From the NCBI GenBank assembly GCA_024137785.1, contig JAHRHZ010000002.1, forward strand, positions 15,633,978 to 15,697,977: a stretch of DNA of 64,000 nucleotides, in the 5' to 3' direction. Shown here in pieces: positions 12,501 through 24,500 of the stretch. Every line of letters begins with the position of its first letter. Position 1 is the first letter of the stretch. The notes beneath the pieces are model-generated. The model had not been told where the DNA came from. It saw only the letters and a program-made list of their open reading frames with translations, and did no database searches. The position numbers and the translations under genes are program-made. Source of the stretch: Ginglymostoma cirratum. Its lineage: Eukaryota.

Positions 12501-15500
12501 TTGGGGACCGCTTTGCAGAACACCTGCGCTCAGTTCGCAACAAACAACTGCACCTCCCAGTCGCGAACCATTTCAACTCCCCCTCCCATTCCTCAGATGA
12601 CATGTCCATCCTGGGCCTCCTGCAATGCCACAGTGATGCCACCAGAAGGCTGTAGGAACAGCAAATCATATTCAGCCTGGGAACCCTGCAGCCCAATGGC
12701 ATCAATGTGGATTTCACAAGCTTCAAAATCTCCCCTCCCCCAACCGCATCCCAAAACCAGCCCAGTTCATCTCCACCTCCCTAACCTGTTTTTCCTCTCA
12801 CCTATCCCCTCCTCCCACCTCAAGCCACACCCCCATCTCCTATCTACTAACATCATCCTGCCCCCTTGACCTGTCCGTCCTCCCTGGACTGACCTATCTC
12901 CTCCCTACCCCCCCCACCTACACTCACCTTTACTGGCTCCATCCCCGCCTCTTCGACTTGTCTGCCACCTCTCCACCTATCCTCTCCTCTATCCATCCTC
13001 TATCCGCCTCCCCCTCTCTCCCTATTTATTTCAGAACCCTCTTCCCCTCCCCCATTTCTGATGAAGGGTCTAGGCCCGAAACGTCAAGTTTTCCTGCTCT
13101 TCTGATGCTGCTTGACCAGATTAGCAACTAGTTTCAGTTTGACAGTTCTTTTGATGGGTCTCTTACCTTGCACCCTGTTAAATATCTCATCCGTTCTTTT
13201 GGCAAATCCACTGAGTTCATGTACTTGTTACACATTTTCGTGTCTGCTATAACAATCCAAAAGAGCTCTTGACTTTTCATAAAGTGCGCTTTATCTTTTC
13301 AAAAATAAACCTTGACCTTCTCCCAAGAACAATATCCAAAAAGCTCAACACTTCTATAAAAGGAGATTCTACTACTCTGAAGAACTTCAGACCTTCTCCA
13401 ATCAGACCTAAAGTGCAGAAGTTGTGTGTTGGACATCCCACTAGCCTGAGACAGCTATGCTTTTTCACATGAAACTGCCTTTGTGAACTGCAAAGGTACA
13501 AATTTGAACTCAGCTCCCTGGGAAAATAATGGGGCCATGTTTGGGAATGGAGTTTAGCCTCTGCTGGTAATTTTGTAACAGTACAGGGAAAGACTCCCTG
13601 TCTATGTGTGAAAATTCAGGTATCCGTCTACAAACCTCCATCCTACTAATTTTTCCTGGCGTGAAAATATATCGTCCTTCTACTTTTACATCTTTAGTAT
13701 CACAGAGACATACAGCACGGAAACAGACCATTCTGAAACATACCAACTGTAATCCCAAACCAAACTCGTCCCACCTGCCTGCTCCTGGCCCATATCCCTC
13801 CAAATATTTCTTATTCATGTACTTCTCTAGATGTCTTTTAAATGTTGTAACTGTACACACTTCCTCTGGAAGTTCATTCCACACATGAACTACTGTCTGT
13901 GTAAAAAAAACTGTCCCAATGACTTTTTTAATCTTTCTCCTCTCACCTTAAAAATATGCCCTCTAGTCTTGAAATCCCCTGCCCACAGGTAAAGATGTCT
14001 TTTCTATACCCCTCATGATTTCATAACCTCTATAAGGTCATCACTCAACCTCCTACGCTGGAGTGAAAGTAATCCCAGCCTATCCAGCCTCTCCTTATAA
14101 CTCAAACTGTCCATTCCCAGCGACATTCTGGTAATCTCTTCTGAACCCTCACCAGCTTGAGAAATATCTTTCCTATGACGGGGCAACAAGACCTGGACAC
14201 AGTACTCCAGAAGAGGCCTCACCAACGTCCTGTACAATTGCATTACGACATCCCAACTCCTATACTCAAAGGTCTCTTTGTTGAGGCTGAGTGCAGGCCC
14301 AATAGTGGAATATCATTTTTAACTAAGAAACGGAACCGATTACCAGACATGACTCACCGTGTAAAATAAGGCGATACGCATCGCTCCTCTTGCTGAACAG
14401 ATTTTCCACGGTGCAGGTGTAGGTGCCGCAGTCTGTTTTTGTGGCTTTAACAATGATCAACTTGCTGTTGTTTTGTACCAACTGATAATGTTGGCCATTC
14501 TCTATCAAGTCAGGACCTTTCCTCCACAGAATGGAACTCGCTTTTCCTCCAGCCACGTGACAGGTCAGTTCAACAGTGGAATCCACATAGGTAGCTTTGA
14601 CCAAAGGTTCTGCCAATAGTTCTGTGCCAGTGAATAATTATTCAGGTAAATAGGTCTGAGCCTGAGGTATTATGGGCCAGACCAGACGCCTCAAAACATT
14701 TTAAGAAGGTAGCCTAGACCCTAGCCTTTTCTTATTTATAAAGGCAAATGTGAAGTGCCTGTTCCAGATGCCAAACTACTCGATGTTAAGCAAAACACAA
14801 CTTATTTAAACACTAAGGTTAAAATACAACCAAGGAAAGGGAATTTAGAGCAACTTAACACTATTGGAAAACTTATCAGAAAAATAGAGACGGTAACAAT
14901 TATTAATTAGCTGTTCCAATATAGTAACATCTCGTAAACACATCCCTTGGCAAAAAGGAAAAGTCAGACACAGATTATCACATGCAGTCCTCCAACCCAG
15001 GAGGAAACAAAAAAAAAGTCAAGAGAAAATTCAGAGAGCGGCAGCCAGGAGATATTCACCGAAGCTTCCAACTCTGTTGAGATCCCAGTGGCTTCTACTT
15101 AAAGGAAAACCCAGAAATTCTGATTTGTAAGAGCTGACCACACCCATTCAGGCTGTTAAAAAAACCCAAGGCCTCCCAAGCTGTTTACTCAAATGGTCCT
15201 GGTAGACTATTCAGCGCCTCTGTCTTACAAATAAGAAAATTTTCATGTAAACACTTGACAAATTCCACTCCATCTATGCCCTTAATACACTGGCAGTCCC
15301 AGCCAATGTTTTAATTAAGAGATAATAGGTACTACAGCTGCTGGAGATAACAAGGTGTGGAGCTGGATGAACACAGCAGGCCAAGCAGCATCATAGGAGC
15401 AGGAAAGCTTGACGTTTTGGGTCTAGACCCTTCTTCAGAAAAAAAAATTGTTGTGGGGCTGGAGTCAAGTGTAGGGCAGACCAGGTAAAAATGACACTTT

Positions 15501-18500
15501 ACTTCCCTAAAGGAGTTGTTATTGCGGGGACGGGGTGTGAGGGATGAGTTGCGGGAAATGCGGGAGACACGGTCAAGGGCGTTCTTGACCACTGCGGGGG
15601 GGCAAGTTGCGGTCCTTGAAGAATGAGGACATCTGATACATACAGGAGTAGAATGCCTCATCCTGGGAGCAGATGCGGTGGAGGCAAAGGAATTGGGAAT
15701 AGGGGATGGCATTTTTGCAGGAAGGTGGGTGGGAGGAGGTGTATTCTAGGTAGCTGTGGGAGTCGGTGGGCTTGAAATGGACATCGGTTTCTAGGTGGTT
15801 ACCCAAGATGGAGATAGAGAGGTCCAGGAAGGAGAGAGAAGTGTTGGAGATGGTCCAGGTGAACTTAAGGTTGGGGTGGAAGGTGTTGGTGAAGTGGATG
15901 AACTGTTCGAGCTCCTCGTGGGAGCATGAGGCGGCGCCGATACAGTCACCAATGTAACGGAGGAAGAGGTGGGGTTTAGGGAGCACGAGGCGGCGCCAAT
16001 ACAGTCATCAATGTAACGGAGGAAGAGGTGGGGTTTAGGGAGCACGAGGCGGCGCCAATACAGTCATCAATGTAACGGAGGAAGAGGTGGGGTTTAGGGC
16101 CAGTGTAGGTACGTAACCTACAAAGAGGCAGGCATAGCTCGAACAGTTCATCCACTTCACCAACTCCTTCCACCGTGTCTCCCGCATTTCCCGCAACTCA
16201 TCCCTCACACCCCGTCCCCGCAATAACAACCAAAAAAGGATTCCCCTCGTCCTCACTTACCACCCCAACAACCTCCGGATCCAACACATCATCCTCCGAC
16301 ACTTCCGCCATCTGCATTCCGACCCCACCACCAAAGACATTTTTCCCTCCCCACCCTTGTCTGCTTTCCGGAGGGACCACTCTCTCCATGACTCCCTTGT
16401 CCGCTCCACACTCCCCTCCAGCCCCACCACATCCGGCACTTTTCCCTGCAACCGCAGGAAGTGCTACACCTGCCCCCACACCTCCTCCCTCATGCCAATC
16501 CCAGGCCCCAAGAAGACTTTCCACATCAAGCAGATGTTCACCTGCACATCTGCCAGTGTGGTATACTGCATCCGCTGTACCCGTTGTGGCTTCCTCTACA
16601 TCGGGGAAACCAAGCGGAGGCTTGGGGACCGCTTTGCAGAACACCTGCGCTCAGTTCGCAACAAACAATTGCACCTCCCAGTCGCGAACCATTTCAACTC
16701 CTCCTCCCATTCCTCAGACGACATGTCCATCCTGGGCCTCCTGCAATGCCACAGTGATGCCACCAGAAGGCTGCAGGAACAGCAAATCACATTCAGCCTG
16801 GGAACCCTGCAGCCCAATGGTATCAATGTGGATTTCCCAAGCTTCAAAATCTCTCCTCCCCCAACCGCATCCCAAAACCAGCCCAGCTCGTCCCCGCCTC
16901 CCTAACCTGTTCTCCCTCTCACCTATCCCCTCCTCCCACCTCAAGCTGCACCCCCTCTCCTATCTACTAACCTCATCCCGCCCCCTTGACCTGTCCATCC
17001 TCCCTGGACTGACCTATCTCCTCCCTACCTCCCCATCTACACTCACCTTTACTGGCTCCATCCCCGCCTCTTTGACTTGTCTGTCTCCTCCCCACCTATC
17101 CTCTCCTCTATCCATCTTCTATCCGCCTTCCCCTCTCTCCCTATTTATTTCAGAATCCCCTTCCCTTCCCCCATTTCTGATGATGGGTCTAGGCCTGAAA
17201 CGTCAAGCTTTCGTGCTCCTATGATGCTGCTTGGCCTGCTGCATTCATCCAGCTCCACACCTTGTTATCTCAATGTTTTAATTAAGTTACCTCGGACTCT
17301 TATAAACTCCAGAGGATGCAGGCCGAGCCTCTTAAGCTATTCATTATAAGGCAGACCACACACTCCAGGTGTTAGACCCGCTGGTGACAGATTCATCACC
17401 CTACCTGTCTCAGCAGCAGGAATCTGACTTTATGACTCTCGCAAGGTTAATTTTACGCACCATTTTTGCTTGTCGATACAGTGAGGCTGAAGGATCGCAC
17501 ACTCATAATCCAATCACAAAGTCTGTACGCCTCCAAGATCGCCCTGCTGTATCCCTACTTCTGCTGAAATTCTCAGCTCCCTCTCTCCCACTAAAGTTGG
17601 GGAGGTGGTGGCCGAGTGATAAGGTCACTGGTCTATCATCCCGAACCTCAGTATGTTGTTCTGAGGGACACAGCATAGAATGCCACCATGGTAGATGGTG
17701 AAATTGGAATTCAATTTCCTTCCTAAAATCTGGAATTAACTGGCGACCATGTAACCTCTGTCAGTTGTCTTAAAAGCGTCTGGTTTGCCAATGTCCTTCA
17801 AGAAAGGAAATCGGCCATCCTTACCTGGTCTGGACTACATGTTGCTCTCACAATGTGAGTCAGTTTTAACTGTTCTCTGGGCAATTAGAGATAGGGCAAT
17901 AAATGCTGGCCCGGCTAGCGTACCCCACTTCCCGTGAATGAATTTTAAAAGAAAACTCCTTTATTCTAACGCTCTCCTGGCTGGTCTCCCAACCTCTGTC
18001 CTTCAACACATCTAAAATTCCATTGCTCCCACCGTCTGTTACCATATCCCATCACACATCATCCCCATCCTCACTGGCATGCATTGGTTCTTTTAGCTGC
18101 TGCATTATTAGACACTTCAGAGTCTCAGTAGGCTCAAGTGAGAGCTCAAGGGCCACCTGACACGTCCATTGTATTCCACAGTATGGGAGTAAAGTTGAGG
18201 AAGGGGCAGCACGGTGGCTCAGTGGTTAGCGCTGCAGCCTCACAGCACTAAGGACCTGGGTTTGATTCCACTCTCAGGTGACTGTCTGTCCGGAGTTTGC
18301 ACATTCTCCCCGTGTCTGTGCGGGCTTGCTCTGGTTTCTTCCCACAGTCCAAAGCTGTGCAGTCTCCATGGACAGGCCATGCTAAATTACCCCAAGTACC
18401 CAGAAATCAGGGTCATGGGAATAGGATATGGGGTGGGTCTGGGTGCGATTCTCTTCCAAGGGTTGGTGTGGACTCGATGGGCCAAATGGCCTGCTTCCAC

Positions 18501-21500
18501 ACTGTAAGGATTCTATGAAAGCAGTGGGCACTGTGCTTTATGCAGAACATGTTGGTGGGCAGCTGTGAGGTCCAACCCTGGATCCTTGCATCACTGCCCT
18601 CAGGCAAGACAGGATGTCCTCCCCACTGCAGTTCCACCATTCTCTTCTGTCAGCCTGATGCCAGATCACAAACACTGGCTGTCACTGCTCCTGAGCCCGG
18701 GCAGAACCCATCGGCTCAATTTGGGAATAATCCCAATTGAATCTCCGGTGGAGACAAACTGTTGCTGCAACAGACATGTGTAGACCTTCACTGGAACCTT
18801 TCACTGTGCAATAGAACCAGAGATTCTGTCTGAACTCCTCCAACTCGTTTTAGAAGGATGAGGGAGGGATCCAACTGAAACTTTCAAACTACCGAAAGGC
18901 CTGGACAAAGTGAATGTTGGAAAGATGCTTCCATCAGTAGGAGAGTCTAGGACCCAAGGACGCAACCTTAGAGTAAAGGGAAGATCTTTTGGAACGGAGA
19001 TAAGGAGAAACTTCTTCAGCCAGAGACTGGTGAATCTATGGAATTCACTGCCACACAAGGCTGTGGAGGCCAGGTCATTGAGTATACTTAAGACTGAGTT
19101 AGACAAGTTCTTGATTATCAAGGGGATCAAGGGTTACAGGGAGAAAGCAGGAGAATGAGGTTGAGGAACTTATCAGCCATGACTGAATGGCGGAGCAGAC
19201 TCGATGGGCCGAATGGCCTAATTTCTGCTCCTATGTCTTATGGTCTTAACTCCTCACAGCCTCTTCTATTATGCTCATTGGTATCATTGTTCAGATTTAT
19301 TAAATCAAGGTCTGCAGTATGATCTAAAAATAGTAAATGTGACATTCATTCTCAATCCTGTTCCTATCTACTTCTACCCCTCCCTCCTTCACACCTCTGT
19401 TAAAAACTTCTATCGGTCTGATTTTTTCTTTACTCATTGAGAGGATGAGGGCGTCACTGGCTAAGTAGTATTTGTTGTTCATCCCTAATTGCCCAGAAGG
19501 CAGTTAAGAGTCAACCACATTGCTGTGGATCTGGAGTCACATGTAGGCCAGACCAGGTAAGGATTGAAGTTTCCTTCCCTAAAGGACATTTACAACCTGT
19601 TCACCACAACAATAAATAGGATGTTGCCAGGTATCAAAGGTATGAGTTATATAGAAAGGTGGATATGTTGGGACTTTTTTCACTGGAGCACAGGAGGTTG
19701 AGAGGTGACCTTTTGAAAGTTTATAAAATAGTGAGGGGTATAGATATGGTTCATGAGATAACAAGGAGTAGAGCTGGATGAACACAGCAGGCCAAGCAGC
19801 ATCGGAGGAGCGAAGGGGCGAAGAGCTCCTCCGATGCTGCTTGGCCTGCTGTGTTCATCCAGCTCTACACCTTGTTATCTCAGATTCTCCAGCATCTGCA
19901 GTTCATACTATCTCTAGATATGGTTCATGGTAGGTGTCTTTTCCCCAGAGTGGGGCATTTCAAGATTAGGGTCACATTTTTAAGTCGAGACAAAAGAAAT
20001 TTTTAAAAAATACGTGGGGGCAAATTTTTTACACAAAGGGTTGTTTGCGTGTGGAATGAACTTCCTGCGGAAATGGCAGATGTAGGCACAATTACAATGT
20101 TTAAAAGACATTTGCATAAGTACATGAGTAGGAAATGGATATGGGCCAGGAGCAGGCAGGTGGGACTAGTTTTGTTTGGGTACATGGTCAGCATGGACTG
20201 GTTGGAACGAAGGGTCAGTTTTTGTGCTGTATGACGCTATTACTTCATACCATACTCCACACTTCACTCAGAGAGTTGTGAACCTGTGGAATTCTCTACC
20301 ATAGAATGCTGTTAGGGCTAATTCATTAGATATATTCAAGAGGGGGCTGGGTCTGCCCTTTGTGGCTAAAGAGATCAAGGCGTATGGAGAGATAGTGGGA
20401 ATGGGATACTGAAATTTCATGATCAGCGTGATCTTATTGAATGGTGGTGCAGGCTCGAAGGGCTGAATGGCCTACTCTTGCACCTGTTTTCCATGTTTCT
20501 GTGGTTTGCACTTTCAGTAGAGGGACAGAGAGAGAGAAAACTGGTTGATCATTGGTGGTTTAATCTGAGGGTCACCTCACCACGGAGAGGGATGAGGTCA
20601 AGAACATGGGACCTTCATAATGAACTCACACTGTTGGCATCACTCTGCATTACATACCTAAATTGGTTAGCTCAGTTGGCTGGGCAGCTGCTTTGGGTGC
20701 AGAGTGATGCCCATGGGCATGGGTTCAGTTCCTATATTTAGCTAAGGTCACCAAAAAGATCCCACTTTCTCAACCTTGCTCCTTCTCTGAGAAGTGGTGA
20801 CCCTCAGGTAAAACTCATCTCTCTGTCTCAATGAGACAGCAGCCTCCAGGACTATGGTGACTAGTAGAGCAACAAATCACAAGTCGCAATTCCCAAGGAA
20901 TTCCTCAACGACGGAATGACAGATACAGCATGACAACAGAAGCTGACAGTCAATTTCTGTCATTTCTTTCTTCGATCCTGATCAGTAGCTTTTATTTAAT
21001 CTTGAATGAAGACAAGCAGTATACGTTTGCTTGATGGAACAATCCAGAACAAGATGGAATAATCTTACAAGCTACAGCTGGACCATTTTACACGCAAATC
21101 ATTTAAGTATTCCCCCCTCCCGATCCCACCATAGGAAGAATCGTGGAATTGACTGTTGGAACGTCATGCTGGGGTCAGTTGAAATTTCCCAGACAAAATC
21201 GATAGGTTTCCTGCTGGGTCATGGAGCTGGCAGAAAGGCACGAAGCAGATCAATGGAAGCCAGGTACAGATCAACCATGGAAGGGTAGAATAGGTTCAAG
21301 GAGCTGAATGGCTTATTCCTGTCCCAATTCAATGACAGAGTCCTTAAAACTGTATCACGATTTGAAATGCATGTCATTTTCAAAGTGATAAAGTATTGAA
21401 ATCACTTACCTATGAGTTTCAGATTCATGCTCCTCTCCCAGTTACCATTCACCGTGATGGTATAAATTCCTTGGTCACCGAGTTTTAGACTGTCTACCAT

Positions 21501-24500
21501 CATTGATCCATTGGATGCATTAAAACGTAAACGGGATTTGAAGTGTTTATTTGGTCTCTGGATTGGGGAATTTGGTACGTAATCCAAAATAGTGACAAGT
21601 TTTCCATTGCTGTTATTGAACGTCCATTCAATCTGACTGTCGCTGAGATTCGTTCCGTGATCAGGATCCAGTAAAACTGATGAACCAATGGCAGCCACAA
21701 CATTGTCCCCTCCAAGTGATTGACATGAAAAACAGAAACAAAAGTAATCCATTAACATGTGAAAATGAAGCATTGAGCAATTGTGAAGTGAAATTGTAAC
21801 ATTATGCCAGCAGGTGTCTGGAGACTCCAAAACAAATAGCCCTTTGTATGGTGTGCTTTACCAAGGCATTCAAAAGCCTTCACAGCGAGTGATGTAATCT
21901 TTGAAATGCAGGCACAATTGCAATTCGTCCACAGCGAATCTCCAGATAAAGCAGCATCAGAAGAGCAGGAAGGCTGACATTTTGGGCCTAGACCATTCTT
22001 CAGAAATGGGGAGGGAAAGGGGGTTCTGAAATAAATAGGGAGAGAGGGGGAAGCGGATAGAAGATGGATAGAGGAGAAGATAGGTGGAGAGGAGACAGAC
22101 AGGTCAAAGAGGCGGGGATGGAGCCAGTAAAGGTGAGTGTAGCTGGGGAGGTAGGGAGGAGATAGGTCAGTCCAGGCCTCCTCTACATCGGGGAAACCAA
22201 GTGGAGGCTTGGGGACCGCTTTGCAGAACACCTACACTTGGTTCGCACTAAACAACTGCACCTCCCAGTCGTGAACCATTTCAACTCCTCCTCCCACTCC
22301 TCAGCTGACATGTCCATCCTGGGCCTCCTGCAGTGCCACAACGATGCCACCCGAAGGTTGCAGGAACAGCACCTCATATTCCGCTTGGGACCCTGCAGCC
22401 CAATGGTATCAATGTGGATTTCACAAGCTTCAAAATCTCCCTTCCCCTACCGCAACCCAAAACCAGCCCAGCTCGTCCCCGCCTCCCTAACCTGTCCTTC
22501 CTCCCACCTATACCCTCCTCCCAACTCAAGTCCCACCCCCATCTCCTACCTACTAACCTCATCCCGCCCCCTTGACCTGTCCGCCCTCCCTGGACTAACC
22601 TATCTCCTCCCTAACTCCCCAACTATACTCACCGTTACTGGCTCCATCCCCGCCTCTTTGACCTGTCTGTCTCCTCTCCACCTATCTTCTCCTCTATCCA
22701 TCTTCTATCCTCCTCCCCCTCTCTCCCTATTTATTTCAGAACCCTCTTCCACTCCCCCATTTCTGAAGAAGGGGCTAGGCCTTCCTGTTCCTCTGATGCT
22801 GTTTGGCCTGCTGTGTTCATGCAGCTCTACACCTTGTCATCTCAGATTCTCCAGCATCTGCAGTTCCTACTATCTCTGAATCTCCAGATAATCTGTTTGT
22901 GTGATGAATAATTGGGATAAATACCATTGTAACATCAGAGGCCACTCCCATCCTCTTCAGAATGGTACCATGGGACCTTCACATCCACTTGAGAGCACCT
23001 GGGACATTTTCTGAGCATCTCATCTGAAAGGCATCACCTCTGACAGGTCAGCCCTGCCTCAGGCAGACAGGAGCAAAGTGAGAGATAATAGGTACTGCAG
23101 ATGCTGGAGAATCCGAGATAACAAGGTGTGGAGCTGGATGAACACAGCAGGCCAAGCAGCATCATAGGAGCAGGAAAGCTTGACGTTTCGGGCCTAGACC
23201 GTTNNNNNNNNNNNNNNNNNNNNNNNNNNNNNNNNNNNNNNNNNNNNNNNNNNNNNNNNNNNNNNNNNNNNNNNNNNNNNNNNNNNNNNNNNNNNNNNNN
23301 NNNNNNNNNNNNNNNNNNNNNNNNNNNNNNNNNNNNNNNNNNNNNNNNNNNNNNNNNNNNNNNNNNNNNNNNNNNNNNNNNNNNNNNNNNNNNNNNNNNN
23401 NNNNNNNNNNNNNNNNNNNNNNNNNNNNNNNNNNNNNNNNNNNNNNNNNNNNNNNNNNNNNNNNNNNNNNNNNNNNNNNNNNNNNNNNNNNNNNNNNNNN
23501 NNNNNNNNNNNNNNNNNNNNNNNNNNNNNNNNNNNNNNNNNNNNNNNNNNNNNNNNNNNNNNNNNNNNNNNNNNNNNNNNNNNNNNNNNNNNNNNNNNNN
23601 NNNCATAGGAGCAGGAAAGCTTGACGTTTCGGGCCTAGACCGTTCATCAGAAAATGATTTTCTGATGAAGGGCCTAGGCCCGAAACGTCAAGCTTTCCTG
23701 CTTCTATGATGCTGCTTGGCCTGCTGTGTTCATCCAGTTCCACATCTTGTTATGCAGGAGCAAAGTGAAGTTGGTGGTAAGGAATGGCTGAGGGAAGGAA
23801 GGGCTGGGGGGTGGGGTTTGGAGGTGGTGGGGGAGGACAGGAGAGAAGAAGAGAAATATCCCAGAGGCCTAGTCAGGACAGAAAGAGAAAGAGTCAACAG
23901 CAAAGCCGAGGGGGTGTGTGTAAAGAGCCCAGAGGAAGGTGGATATCACAAAAAAATACCCAGAATGAAGACACTAGCGAAGAAGAGACCAAACCCAAAA
24001 GGATGGAAAAGTAACCCACAGAGAAAAGGCCCAGTGGGAGGTGAGGAAGAGAAAATTGGCAGAGGCAAGCAGGGATTGAGAATGAACCCAAAGGGAATGG
24101 TTGGGGAAAGAGCCAAAAGGACAGGTTGGGGGGAATGGTGGATGCCCAAGAAAGGAGGGAAGGGATTAGGAGAATGAAAGGGAGGAAGAAGAATGGGGAA
24201 TGGAAAATGGGAAGTGGGAGGGAGGAATGCAAATGTGTGGGCAGCACGTGGGAATTTGTGGAGAGCACTGAAATCCCAGGCAACCACAATGTGATCATTG
24301 TCCACAACCTGACTCATTTCAGTTCAAAGACATTGGGCAGGAATCCAAGCTACAAACCTTGTCAGGCATCAGACAGAGGGAGAGTTACTTTGATTCTTGG
24401 CTTCAGGAAGCACTCACAGCCCCACTGTTCAGAAGGTCTTTAGAAGTGTATATATAATGCTGTGGTTAGGGATTTACTCTAAATGGGGATAGACAGTTTG

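Larger units (their letters stand above)
11114..13116 (+). mobile_element. Penelope-like retroelement, 5'-truncated (RT C-terminus + GIY-YIG endonuclease + terminal repeat), inactive
   Basis: AMGTRMGPSYA and LRYIDD RT motifs; NVVYCIRC..C..LYIGETKRRL..RF.EH GIY-YIG motif; premature TAG near 12652; hammerhead motif at 13058-13085. Confidence 0.92.

Noticed and set aside
11578-12655. Long Pro/Ser/Thr-rich ORFs (340 aa and 251 aa)
   Set aside because: Alternative frames of the C-rich Penelope ORF, extended artificially through an N gap.
14665-15230. Possible solo LTR (related sequence near 61630-61690; another candidate at about 37860-38790)
   Set aside because: Repetitive-looking with TG/CA-like ends, but no TSD or clear boundaries could be established.
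16175-17224. 349-aa ORF
   Set aside because: Shadow frame of the Penelope GIY-YIG and terminal region.
23716-24443. Lys/Gly/Glu-rich ORFs
   Set aside because: Purine-rich low-complexity sequence beside a gap, possibly low-quality sequence; no domain or splice support.
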